This document shows positions 48,255 to 57,964 of a stretch of DNA of 64,000 bases, piece after piece. The DNA is from Candidatus Poribacteria bacterium (GTDB taxonomy: Bacteria; Poribacteria; WGA-4E; PCPOR2b), in contig OZ242326.1 of the NCBI GenBank assembly GCA_965208325.1, forward strand, positions 608,001-672,000, written 5' to 3'. Both the position numbers and the translations under genes were made by a program. The notes below the pieces were generated by a model. It was given only the letters and a program-made list of their open reading frames with translations. It was not told the DNA's origin and ran no database searches. Within the stretch, counting starts at the first letter, position 1; each line of letters starts with the position of its first letter.

Positions 48255-48695
48255 ATGGCAGGAATTATTCCTACAATCAGTTCAGGCGTTGCGGGGCCCT
48301 TAGGTGTGATTCACCTTCCACGACTGTGGTCTAAGGTCATCTTGAGCGCCACGGGTCAACTTGCAGATGACTATGACGAATGCGGTATGGGATTCGATCA
48401 GATGGTTCTTGATGGGTTGGGGATTGATCGCGAAGCGGCACTCCAATACCTTAAGGACAACGTTCCGACATACCCCCAATTTGAGAATTGGGTAATCGAA
48501 CAAAACGGCGGGAGCATCGATCAGGCGACTATTGATAGTCTGAATGCGGATATCAGAGGATACAACCACGCTGATGAGACACGCGAATCAATCCTCGGTG
48601 CAGCGGGTATTGAAGACGATGGTTCTATCCCAGACGCAGTGAATCTCAACAATCTCGACGATTGGACTGAGTTTCACGCTTCATTAACGAGTTAG
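48255..48695 (+). CDS. DUF5069-like small protein
   Basis: GPLGVIHLPRLWSK...DY..CG.GFDQMVL..LGID pattern; AAGGAG RBS (ATG 48249 or 48255). Confidence 0.6.
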   Translation: MAGIIPTISSGVAGPLGVIHLPRLWSKVILSATGQLADDYDECGMGFDQMVLDGLGIDREAALQYLKDNVPTYPQFENWVIEQNGGSIDQATIDSLNADIRGYNHADETRESILGAAGIEDDGSIPDAVNLNNLDDWTEFHASLTS

Positions 48696-49071
48696 CCACC
48701 GTTCAACGAATCGGGGTTCAGTACGCTGTACCCCGACACCCGGCTCATCTATTGTTAGTCGGGTGTCTACCGCACGAAGTTACGAGACTAATCTGGCAGC
48801 TTTAATTCCCTCGGATTGTTGTGTATTATTGATGGTTCTTAACCACTCACATTTTCAGAACGGCGGCACCATTTGGGGACAACAGTCGATACCGGGAAAG
48901 GAGGTACCCGCATTTTTCAGGTCCTGCCATAAGATGACAACAATGCATTTCAACTTCGGATTTAACCAATAAGGATAATGTTGCCATTTTTGGTTCAAAA
49001 CATTGATTTTCCTGCGGGCAAATTTGACTTAACTGAATGGCTCGATTAGGTGGGACCAATGCGGAGTTTTT

Positions 49072-49518
49072 ATGAAATGGAATTTCATCTCGAAAATCTT
49101 TGATGGTGCAATAGGTATTGAAAGAACATATAACGATTGCGACAAAGCGCTCAAAGAGTTGGGCAAATACAACGAGCGAATTGAGGAAATGCAGGAAAAC
49201 AGTGAGGATATAAATAGTATTCCTGAATCTGAAAAAGCTGCACTAGACGAAGTTGTTGACTACGCCATTGAGCGAGCAAAAAAGTTACTTAGCAAAGAAT
49301 CCGATCGCAATTGGCCCGGGGTTTTCAGGGAAATGCACAAAAACCTGGCAAATATGTATTTTGAGCGGGGTGATTACGACAAAGTGCCGGAAGAATGTGA
49401 ACAGCTCAAAAATTACGGTGAAGTCGGTCGTCAAGATGCGCAGGAAATAATGCAAAAACTGCAAGATAAACAAGCCGAAAAATCCGGCAACGCTGAAGAA
49501 CAGGTTTCATCAGTGTAG
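49072..49518 (+). CDS. Hypothetical helical (TPR-like) protein
   Basis: 148 aa, all-helical; HKNLANMYFERGDYDK TPR-like segment. Confidence 0.6.
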   Translation: MKWNFISKIFDGAIGIERTYNDCDKALKELGKYNERIEEMQENSEDINSIPESEKAALDEVVDYAIERAKKLLSKESDRNWPGVFREMHKNLANMYFERGDYDKVPEECEQLKNYGEVGRQDAQEIMQKLQDKQAEKSGNAEEQVSSV

Positions 49519-49521
49519 AAA

Positions 49522-51450
49522 ATGCATTTCCTGAATCCTTCCGCCTTTTATCTCTTGGCGTTCATTCCCATCGTGGCATTTCTGCATTACCTCAAGCTTC
49601 GCCGCCAACGACTCATCGTGCCGAGCGTGATGCTTTGGCTTGAGGCCGTTGAGGATATGAAGGCTAATGTCCCTTTCCAAAAGTTGCAAAACTCGTTTTT
49701 ACTACCGTTACAGATTTTATTTCTATTAATTGTCATTGCTGGTGTTGCGCGTCCCGCACTGCGCCAACCCGGTGCCCTGACCGATCAATCGATTGTAATC
49801 ATTGATACGTCCACCAGTATGCTGGCAACTGATTCCGGAAAAAGCCGGCTTGATGCAGCAAAGGCGGAGGCTCTGAAACGCATAAATCAGCTTGATGCGA
49901 ACGGTAATATGATGATTATGGACACTTCCCCGCCATCAAGCAATGTGCTTCAGGCTTTTACGTCAGATAAGGAAAAACTTCGCCTCGCCGTCAAAAATCT
50001 GTCCGTGCGGCATGGCCCGCCAAGCTTAAAAGCTGCATTTGACTCCGCCCAGATTTACGGGAATCTGCCGAACACTCGTGTATTCTTTATCAGTGACAAC
50101 TGCCGAGACTTGCCCTTTACTGCACAACAAATATCGCTGCATTGCCAAGAAATTGCGTTGGGCAACTCGATTGATAACGTCGGAATCGTACGATTTAGCG
50201 CGGCACGGGACACACACCAATCGAGTTTATACCGGATTCTTGTAGTGTTGCAAAATTTTGCAGAATCTCCAAGGCAGGTACAAGTGAGACTTGAAATCGA
50301 AGGACGATGGGTCGATGATGAAACGGTTACTATTGAGCCGAGGGCAACGAAATCGATTGTTTTTGTTGAAGAAGACGAGGGGTTTGACGGCCAGACAATC
50401 AGCGCTCGCCTCGTTAATGTTGACGATGACCTTGCGGTTGATGACGCAGCATACGCGATTTTGCAGCCGCCGCCAGAATGGAAAATCCTACTCGTAAGCG
50501 ACAGGGAACAACCGTTGCTGACGACTATGCTGGAAACAAACCCATACGTGGTGTTTTCGCAGATTCGAACTGAGGAATACCATGGAACAGCAGATCGAGA
50601 TTTTGTGATTTTCGATGGGTTCGTACCTAAACTTCCTCTCAACGGGAACGCTATTTTCCTGAACCCTGTTGTGGGGTTGCCCTTTATGCCGGCGCAATCT
50701 AGTGCGCAATCGCAAAGCGTAATATATCAAAACCAAACCCACCCAGTGATGCGTAATGTCTCGCTGCTTGGCTTGAATGTTAGGAAATCGTTAATTTGCG
50801 AAATGCCAATTTGGGGCATCCCGCTTGCAGAGACGGCAAAGTCCCCGCTGATTTGGCTTGGCACACAAATCATTCGAAGTGAGCTTCCGCACGGGAACAA
50901 CACAAAAAAGGTAATCGTTTTTACTTTTGATCCGTTCGATCTTGATGTCTCACGTTTTGCTTTGTTTGACCGGTCAATCGCTTCCGCTCCGATTCTACTG
51001 GCTCAGTGTTTTGAGTGGCTTGATGCGGCAACGGCGCCGATTCAACCCGATGTTGTCAAGGCAGGCGAGCCCGTAAAATTCCACCTCGACCATCCGGAAA
51101 ACGTGGTGAGCGCGACGCTTTTAATGCCTGATAACACATCGAAAGATTTAGCGATAGACGATTCAACATTTTTGTTTACCGAAACCTTCCAGATTGGTGT
51201 TTATTCACTATATATCAATGGTCGGCCATTGGGAAAATTTGCTGTAAATCTTCTTGATGCAGCGGAATCAGATTTATCCTTGGGAGGACAACATCAGGCG
51301 GCTGAAGGCGTTGAGGATGGTGGAACGGCTACTGTGAGCCAATATGAAATGCAGGGCGTCAATCAGGAACTTTGGGGCTTTGCGGCAATTGCCGCGCTGC
51401 TGCTGCTCGTCGTGGAATGGTGGTTTTATCACCGAAACTTGCGGCGGTAG
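49522..51450 (+). CDS. BatA-type N-terminal / vWA domain membrane protein
   Basis: MHFLNP...PSVMLW, LARP-like VARP, MIDAS IIDTSTSM, AVNL...ESDL, C-terminal LLLLVVEWW. Confidence 0.85.
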   Translation: MHFLNPSAFYLLAFIPIVAFLHYLKLRRQRLIVPSVMLWLEAVEDMKANVPFQKLQNSFLLPLQILFLLIVIAGVARPALRQPGALTDQSIVIIDTSTSMLATDSGKSRLDAAKAEALKRINQLDANGNMMIMDTSPPSSNVLQAFTSDKEKLRLAVKNLSVRHGPPSLKAAFDSAQIYGNLPNTRVFFISDNCRDLPFTAQQISLHCQEIALGNSIDNVGIVRFSAARDTHQSSLYRILVVLQNFAESPRQVQVRLEIEGRWVDDETVTIEPRATKSIVFVEEDEGFDGQTISARLVNVDDDLAVDDAAYAILQPPPEWKILLVSDREQPLLTTMLETNPYVVFSQIRTEEYHGTADRDFVIFDGFVPKLPLNGNAIFLNPVVGLPFMPAQSSAQSQSVIYQNQTHPVMRNVSLLGLNVRKSLICEMPIWGIPLAETAKSPLIWLGTQIIRSELPHGNNTKKVIVFTFDPFDLDVSRFALFDRSIASAPILLAQCFEWLDAATAPIQPDVVKAGEPVKFHLDHPENVVSATLLMPDNTSKDLAIDDSTFLFTETFQIGVYSLYINGRPLGKFAVNLLDAAESDLSLGGQHQAAEGVEDGGTATVSQYEMQGVNQELWGFAAIAALLLLVVEWWFYHRNLRR

Positions 51451-51545
51451 CCCCACTTGTCCTTCCGTTGGATGTTGGTATTCATCTTAGTTTATTCGAC
51501 ATTGGAATTCTAGTAATAGAGGCAGCACTAGGTAAATCACGACTA

Positions 51546-52181
51546 ATGAAATCCAAGGAATCAAACCGCGGGCTCATTGTTGGTGTCACGGGGGGTATCG
51601 CTTGCGGCAAATCGACGGTCTCTCAACTGCTTGGTGAAAAAGGCGCCATCCCCATCAACGTGGATGAGATTGGACACCGATTGCTCAGGCGCGGCAGCCC
51701 AATCATAAACGAACTCATTGAGAATTTTGGGGCTGGCATTCTGGACGAATCTGGTAATGTCAGCCGAAAAAAACTAGGCGCTATCGTTTTCAACGATACG
51801 CGCGCACGTGAGCGGTTGAACGGCATCTTACACCCGCTAATCATTCAGCAATCTCGCGCTGAAGCGAGACGGCTTGCAGCAGAATCTCCGAGTTGTGTTG
51901 TCGTAATTGACGCACCCCTACTCATTGAGGCGGGTGCGCAAGACACAGTAGACTTTATTGTTGTGGTCACAGTTTCCCCGGAAATCCAGCTCCAACGACT
52001 GTTGAATCGAAGCGCGGCCGAAAACAGATTGCTTAGCCGAGCTGACGCACAGGCGAGAATTGATGCACAGATGCCCTTATCCGAGAAAATAAAATTTGCC
52101 GATTTTGTTATTGAGAATAACTGCACCATCGACGCGTTGCGGCGCACGGTAAATGCACTGTGGACGATGCTCAATAAATAA
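51546..52181 (+). CDS. coaE: Dephospho-CoA kinase
   Basis: GVTGGIACGKST, LGAIVF, LNGILHP, DAPLLIE, RIDAQMP, ADFVIEN. Confidence 0.93.
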   Translation: MKSKESNRGLIVGVTGGIACGKSTVSQLLGEKGAIPINVDEIGHRLLRRGSPIINELIENFGAGILDESGNVSRKKLGAIVFNDTRARERLNGILHPLIIQQSRAEARRLAAESPSCVVVIDAPLLIEAGAQDTVDFIVVVTVSPEIQLQRLLNRSAAENRLLSRADAQARIDAQMPLSEKIKFADFVIENNCTIDALRRTVNALWTMLNK

Positions 52182-52418
52182 CCTCCTCATTTTTCAGCAC
52201 GGCTAAGTACGCTCTCCAGTTTTACTCTGCCAAAACTACGCCAACACCTTCATCGAATGGGATTCATCGGTTAGAAACACCGCATTTTCTGGTCGGGCAC
52301 CGTGTTCAGTTTATGCTAGAATATTTCGGACATAGCGTCCCTTTTCGTGCGGGAAAATTTACGTTGGCGAAGGTCCATTTGGGCGCACTTCGCATTAAGT
52401 GACAAGCGGAGGTTAAAC

Positions 52419-53987
52419 ATGCCGCATCAGTCTGCGAATATGACTTATGACGCAATTGTCATCGGGAGCGGTTTTGGCGGATCGATGGTTGCGCACAGTT
52501 TAGTTCATGCCGGATTAAATGTGCTGATGCTTGAGCGCGGCGATTGGGTACCGCGCGGCCCGCAAAATTGGGAGCCCAACGGCACTGTGGATTTAACGCC
52601 ATTCTACACCGACGAGACGCCATATCGTATTTTAGCCGGCGGCACCAGCGATGTGATGGGTGCGTATAGTTGCGTTGGCGGACCATCCGTGTTCTATGGC
52701 GGTGTATCGATGCGCTTTCGCGAGGCGGACTTCGACGCATCCCCTGAAATCGTCGGCAACTCGGATGCGCGGTGGCCATACTCTTATGCAGACTTGGAAC
52801 CCTATTACACACGCGCCGAACAGATATTAGACGTTGCCGGTGAAGTTGGGCGTGATCCAACCGAACCGGCGCGAAGCGCTCCATTTCCGCAGGCGCTTGA
52901 TAAGCTATCGTACACCTCGCGTCTCATTGAACACGCAGCGACCGATCTTAGATTGAACCCGTTTCGCCTCGCATTAGCCATTAACTACTCCTCCAACGGC
53001 AATCGAGCGCGGTGTATCTCTTGCACCACTTGCGACACGTTTGCCTGCGCAATTCAAGCGAAAAATGACTTGGCAACCTGTGTCCTCCCAAATTTGATAG
53101 AAAACGGGCTCCACCTTAAGCCGAACATGGTTGTGACTCGGTTGGTTCGTGATGGAAATCGGCTAGTCTCACTTGAATGCCACGACAAGCAGACGGATGA
53201 AAAACACGATTACCGCGCTCGGTTTTTCGTTCTTTCGGCGGGCGCGTTAGGGTCGCCGCATTTACTACTCTCGTCCGAACTAAACAGTGTTAATCCTGGC
53301 GGCCACACCATTGGCCGTTATCTGATGCGCCATTGCAGCGCCATTGTGTTTGGGTTCTTTCCGATCCGCCCCAACAAGGCGGGGCAGTTCCACAAACAGA
53401 TTGGCATTCACGATTTCTATTTTGGGCACCCGAACATAAAAAGCCCCAACGGCAAATTGGGGAGTATCCAGCAGTTGCAAACACCGCCCGTGGGATTGGT
53501 TAAAGAGGCTTTGCCAACACCACTCGGCCACATTCTAAGCATAGGTGTTAAGCATCTGACCGGGCTTTTAGTCATGGCTGAGGATAAACCCCAGTACAAG
53601 AACCGCGTCACTATCAACCGGCGTCGAATGGATCGCTTTGGCCTCCCGCAGTTACTTGTTACCCACGGCTATGCTAGCAGGGATAGCGCTGCGCGTGATA
53701 CACTTATCCAGAGCGCGAAGCGAATTTTCCGAAAAGCCGGCGCGTGGTTCTGTTACGTTCACAAAATCAAAACCTTCTCTCACGCCGTGGGCACTGTCCG
53801 CATGGGAAATGCGCCTCATGTATCTGCCCTTGGCCCGTACTGCCAATTTCGTGGGGTTAATAATCTATTCGTAGTGGACGGCAGTTTCATGCCTACGTCG
53901 GCGGGCTTGAACCCGAGCTTGACAATAGCCGCTAATGCCTTACGCGTTGGCGATCGCATCGCAGGCATTTCTTCCGAGACAAATTGA
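52419..53987 (+). CDS. GMC-family FAD oxidoreductase
   Basis: IGSGFGG, LERG, VGGPSVFYG, CISCTTCDTFAC, HAVGTVRMG, VVDGSFMPTS..NPSLT; GGAGG RBS. Confidence 0.9.
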   Translation: MPHQSANMTYDAIVIGSGFGGSMVAHSLVHAGLNVLMLERGDWVPRGPQNWEPNGTVDLTPFYTDETPYRILAGGTSDVMGAYSCVGGPSVFYGGVSMRFREADFDASPEIVGNSDARWPYSYADLEPYYTRAEQILDVAGEVGRDPTEPARSAPFPQALDKLSYTSRLIEHAATDLRLNPFRLALAINYSSNGNRARCISCTTCDTFACAIQAKNDLATCVLPNLIENGLHLKPNMVVTRLVRDGNRLVSLECHDKQTDEKHDYRARFFVLSAGALGSPHLLLSSELNSVNPGGHTIGRYLMRHCSAIVFGFFPIRPNKAGQFHKQIGIHDFYFGHPNIKSPNGKLGSIQQLQTPPVGLVKEALPTPLGHILSIGVKHLTGLLVMAEDKPQYKNRVTINRRRMDRFGLPQLLVTHGYASRDSAARDTLIQSAKRIFRKAGAWFCYVHKIKTFSHAVGTVRMGNAPHVSALGPYCQFRGVNNLFVVDGSFMPTSAGLNPSLTIAANALRVGDRIAGISSETN

Positions 53988-53991
53988 CACC

Positions 53992-54963
53992 ATGGCATCA
54001 GATAATAATTCTTCGTCGCGACTCAACCTCGTTTTTTTGGGCTGCGGTTTTGCAACGCGGCTTCATAGCAAGACTCTATTGGGCTTCAAACACGATTTTC
54101 GACGGTTTTACGCCAGCCGGGATGGCAAAAAGGCAGATTTGTACAACCGGCGATTCAAAGGACACGGGTTCTTTGATTCGTATGAAGCAGCCATCGCAAA
54201 TGACAGGATTGAGGTAGTGCTTGTTGCAACCCCACCGGCGTTACACCTGGACCTTGCGTTAGCAGCCTTGCGTGCAGGAAAACATGTCATTGTGGAAAAA
54301 CCGGCCTTTCTGCGCGCCGGTGATTTTACGGACATCCGCCAGGCACAAGCCGCAACCGGACGATGCGTCTTTGTTGCGGAGAATTACTTTTACAAGCCGC
54401 TCGCCGTCAAGCTTCGAGAACTAATCTTATCCGGGATTATCGGTGATGCGCTTTTCGTCCACGTTAATGCGCTCAAACACCAAGCGGCCAACGGGTGGCG
54501 CAGCGATGCTCAATTAGCCGGAGGCGGAGCTATGTTCGAAGGGGGAATCCACTGGATTAACTTTGCCGCCAATTTAGGGTTAACCGTGGAGGCCGTTCGC
54601 GGATTTCGTGCAGGGGAGCGAGAAGGGTTGGACAAGAGTATGCTTGTTGCCATTAAATACGCCGAAGGAGCGGTTGGAGCGTTGCATTATTCTTGGGAAA
54701 TTCCGTCGTTATTTAAAGGGTTGCGAATATCTAGGATATTTGGCCGTAAAGGTTCTATCACGTTCGAATCCAACGGGTTATTCATTATTGTCAACGGCGC
54801 GCGAAAACGTTTTATCATTCCCAACCTCACCGATGTCGCGGGCTACAAGGCCATGTTCCGGGATTTTTCCTACGCCATAATAAACGGGAAGGAAGCTCAA
54901 ATGAATCTTGACTTGGCGGAGAGAGATGTCGCCCTAATTGATACAATCTGCAAATCAATATGA
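53992..54963 (+). CDS. Gfo/Idh/MocA-family oxidoreductase
   Basis: LGCGF, ATPPALH, GKHVIVEKP, GGGAMFEGGIH. Confidence 0.88.
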   Translation: MASDNNSSSRLNLVFLGCGFATRLHSKTLLGFKHDFRRFYASRDGKKADLYNRRFKGHGFFDSYEAAIANDRIEVVLVATPPALHLDLALAALRAGKHVIVEKPAFLRAGDFTDIRQAQAATGRCVFVAENYFYKPLAVKLRELILSGIIGDALFVHVNALKHQAANGWRSDAQLAGGGAMFEGGIHWINFAANLGLTVEAVRGFRAGEREGLDKSMLVAIKYAEGAVGALHYSWEIPSLFKGLRISRIFGRKGSITFESNGLFIIVNGARKRFIIPNLTDVAGYKAMFRDFSYAIINGKEAQMNLDLAERDVALIDTICKSI

Positions 54964-55071
54964 TGCGTACATTTTACATTGTTTGTGTTTTACTACAAAT
55001 GGCACGTTAGAAACAACGACTACACTTGCCAATTGAGTTTGGTTTAAAAATCGGAGGCAAATTAACTGACT

Positions 55072-55893
55072 ATGAATTTACTAATCGCGCTGGTAATCGG
55101 CTTGATGGCAGGTGCGCATTCCGCAACTTGGGGAATGTATAAGGATGCCATCTACGAGGGTTTCACATGCAGGAAATATTTCCGAAGTATCATATTGAGC
55201 GGCCTCATCGCCATCGTTTTTGAGCGCGTTACAAATCTCGACGTAATGCAGCCGGCGAATATGGTTATTTTCTACGGCATGACCTATGTCATCGAACGCG
55301 GAATGCTCGAGTTCTACAAGACGTTTCTGCGAGAAGAGGACCAATCCAAGTATTTCATTCCGATGCAGTTTCATGTGGGGGGGAAAGTTGTACATAGCCA
55401 GTGGCGGCGATGGTTGACTGGTGGGGCTTACGCAATTGGTGTTGCTTTAGCTATTATGGGTATCATGGCTTTGCGGAATGTGAGTTTAAACCTTCCTGAC
55501 GTGATTATCGTCCTATTAATTGGCAGTGTCGGCGGGTGGATTTCAGCCTTTGGCGGCGCCTGGAAAGATGCGCCGTTGGAGGGTTTTGAATGGCTTAAAT
55601 TTTTCCGCAGCCCAGTAATTGCATCTATTTACGCGCTGCTCATCGCTTGTTTTACCAACGACTACCTGTATATCTCTATGGGCGCGCTCGGTTATACGGT
55701 CGGTACTATCGAAACTTACAAGACGTTCTTTTTCCCAAACAAGCCCCGCGGAAAATTTGCGGGAAAAGCAATACAATTCCCTGAGATGCTTAAAAAGAGA
55801 TATAATTTTGTGCCCCTATTCGTGACTATCTGGTTAGCCGTAATCACAACCTGTATTATTGCGTTAATCCAGCCCAGAACAGGACTCATTTGA
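55072..55893 (+). CDS. Hypothetical polytopic membrane protein with internal duplication
   Basis: About 7-8 TM; repeated SA.(W/G)G..KDA..EGF...K.FRS and E.YKTF motifs; GGAGG RBS. Confidence 0.75.
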   Translation: MNLLIALVIGLMAGAHSATWGMYKDAIYEGFTCRKYFRSIILSGLIAIVFERVTNLDVMQPANMVIFYGMTYVIERGMLEFYKTFLREEDQSKYFIPMQFHVGGKVVHSQWRRWLTGGAYAIGVALAIMGIMALRNVSLNLPDVIIVLLIGSVGGWISAFGGAWKDAPLEGFEWLKFFRSPVIASIYALLIACFTNDYLYISMGALGYTVGTIETYKTFFFPNKPRGKFAGKAIQFPEMLKKRYNFVPLFVTIWLAVITTCIIALIQPRTGLI

Positions 55894-56031
55894 GTCAAGC
55901 GATACCTATCAGAATTCGCACGTTGCGCGGGTGATTCAGAATTGTTTACGTCCTCCTGAAAAAAACGCCTAATTCTACCAAGTCTACTGCAAATGACAAT
56001 TTGGAATCAAGGTGTGCGGCGGTGTATGCAG

Positions 56032-57450
56032 TTACTTGGCTATAGACGGAATGCGTTTCCAAATCCCTGTAGCTTGTTCAAAGGCGTGAGCCATTTGCAG
56101 CACGCCGAAGTCATCTTGATGCCGCCCTACAATCTGCACGCCCACTGGCAAGCCTTCCGGTGTGAATCCGCATGGAACTGAGATGGCGGGCAGACCCGTA
56201 ACGGTTACATAGTAGCAAGATTTCATCCAGTCAATGTAGGTCTCCATTTTTACACTGCCAATTTCCGTTACATATCGTTGTGTCACGTCAAAAGGCGGTA
56301 CCTGGTTCACAGGAAGAATTAGAAACTCGTAGGTATCCATGAATTTCCGAACACGGTGAAAAATTTCAGTCTGTTTGAGTTCAGCCCATCCGATTTGCGG
56401 CCCGCTTAACTTCTTCCCCTCTTCGATATTCCAGACGATTGTGTCCTTCAATTGGCCGCGGTGGGTCTTCAGCAAGCCGTTAAATGCAAGTTCAAAGCGC
56501 CACGCCCGCCATATCTTGAAGACTTCATCCGCATCAGTAAAATCGGGTTCACCATCCTCGACTACGCAGCCCAAGTCTTCGAACACGCGCCGCTGGCTAT
56601 TGATGGTGTTTGTTACGCGCGCATCCATCGGCAGCCCCCCCAAATCATGTCCCCAAGCGATGCGCGCACCTGTAAAATCACGTTCGAGAGGACGAGCGAA
56701 TCGACCGCCCGGCTCAGCGATGGCGATAGGCGAACGCGAATCCGGCCCGGCGATAGCGCTCAATACGAGTGCGGCATCTTGGACTGTTCTTGCCATTGGC
56801 CCCTGTACTGTAATTGGAAACCAACCTGTTAAGTTCGGCCATATCGGCACTCTGCCATGGGACGTGCGAAAACCAACGACATTACAGAAGTTGCCGGGAA
56901 TACGCAACGAGCCGCCCATGTCGCTTCCGTCCGCGATTGGCAGCATCCTACACGCTAAGGCCGCTGCTGCACCGCCGCTGCTGCCGCCGCAGGTTTTTGA
57001 GGTGTCGTAGGGGTTCAGCGTTTCTCCGAATACCGCGTTAAAAGTCTGTGCCCCCGCGCCGAATTCGGGTGTATTGGTTTTACCGATGGTGATTGCTCCG
57101 GCTGTCTTCAGCCGCTCTACAATGAGTGCGTCTTCGTCCGGTACAAAATCCTTGTAAATCGGAGATCCGAATGTGGTGCGGATTCCTTGAGTTTCAAACA
57201 AATCTTTGTGCGCTATCGGCAGTCCATGCAAAGCGGCCGTCGATTCACCGCGTGCCAGTGCCTCGTCGGCGGCGGCAGCTTGTTCAATCGCTAGCTCGGG
57301 TAACAAAGTAACTATGGCGTTTACTTTAGGGTTAACACGCTCGATTTGCGCTAAATGGGCTTCCATCACCTCTTTGACCGATACATCTCTTGCCCGAATG
57401 CGTCGGCTCAACTCGGAAGCTGTCATATAGCAAATTTCTTGGTGGGACAT
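56032..57450 (-). CDS. Amidase (amidase signature family)
   Basis: LHGLPIAHKD, GKTNTPEF, GGSSGG, GSDMGGSLR. Confidence 0.93.
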   Translation of the reverse strand: MSHQEICYMTASELSRRIRARDVSVKEVMEAHLAQIERVNPKVNAIVTLLPELAIEQAAAADEALARGESTAALHGLPIAHKDLFETQGIRTTFGSPIYKDFVPDEDALIVERLKTAGAITIGKTNTPEFGAGAQTFNAVFGETLNPYDTSKTCGGSSGGAAAALACRMLPIADGSDMGGSLRIPGNFCNVVGFRTSHGRVPIWPNLTGWFPITVQGPMARTVQDAALVLSAIAGPDSRSPIAIAEPGGRFARPLERDFTGARIAWGHDLGGLPMDARVTNTINSQRRVFEDLGCVVEDGEPDFTDADEVFKIWRAWRFELAFNGLLKTHRGQLKDTIVWNIEEGKKLSGPQIGWAELKQTEIFHRVRKFMDTYEFLILPVNQVPPFDVTQRYVTEIGSVKMETYIDWMKSCYYVTVTGLPAISVPCGFTPEGLPVGVQIVGRHQDDFGVLQMAHAFEQATGIWKRIPSIAK

Positions 57451-57682
57451 GGCGAATTCATCTCACTCTCACGATTGTTCAATTCACAGAATTCAAGACT
57501 TAAACCTCGCAGCATTGGGTGCGGCAGGTTCGAAACATCCTCAGTAAGCTGCTAGCTGTCCGGCTCAAAATTAGTTCTGCGGTAGCTTAACAGAAGGCCA
57601 AATAAGCGTCAACACAAATCCCTCCGATCACCGTGACACTGAGCAGATTGTCAATAATACCACTTCGGCCGTTAAAATTGTC

Positions 57683-57711
57683 TTGATATACATTGGGCAT
57701 TGTGATAAAAT
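57683..57711 (+). promoter_or_regulatory. Sigma70-type promoter of the metG leader
   Basis: TTGATA-17 nt-TAAAAT with TG before the -10. Confidence 0.6.
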
Positions 57712-57788
57712 AGCAAGGTTAAGGTAAATCATTAATTTACAGGTTGGTAAATAAGTTAATCACGCAATCTCAATCCGGATTATTCTCA

Positions 57789-57842
57789 ATGAAGCGCTTT
57801 GCCATTCTTTCCAATATGGGCATGTCCATGTGTTCAAGTTAA
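57789..57842 (+). CDS. Met-rich leader peptide MKRFAILSNMGMSMCSS (putative metG attenuator peptide)
   Basis: 17-codon ORF with ATG at codons 10, 12 and 14, lying between the promoter and the terminator upstream of metG; weak GGA RBS. Confidence 0.7.
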   Translation: MKRFAILSNMGMSMCSS

Positions 57843-57938
57843 AGTGATAACGGGCGTGCCACAATCAGACTTGGGATTAGCTGTAACATTTTCTTTGTAG
57901 AATCGCCTATTATCACCGCGGTGATAATAGGTTTTTTT
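57819..57938 (+). promoter_or_regulatory. Transcription attenuator (protector 1:2, antiterminator 2:3, terminator 3:4)
   Basis: GGCATGTCC(57819-27)/GGGCGTGCC(57852-60); GTGATAACGGGCG(57844-56)/CGCCTATTATCAC(57904-16); terminator hairpin below. Confidence 0.7.
57906..57938 (+). terminator. Intrinsic terminator inside the metG leader
   Basis: CCTATTATCAC-CGCG-GTGATAATAGG followed by T7, ending 26 nt before the metG ATG. Confidence 0.85.
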
Positions 57939-57964
57939 GTTTCAGTCTAAAGGGACTCAGGTTC

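Noticed and set aside
57718..57940. T-box or SAM riboswitch upstream of metG
   Set aside because: No GGTGG-ACC T-box bulge or SAM-I core; the leader-peptide model explains the pairings better.
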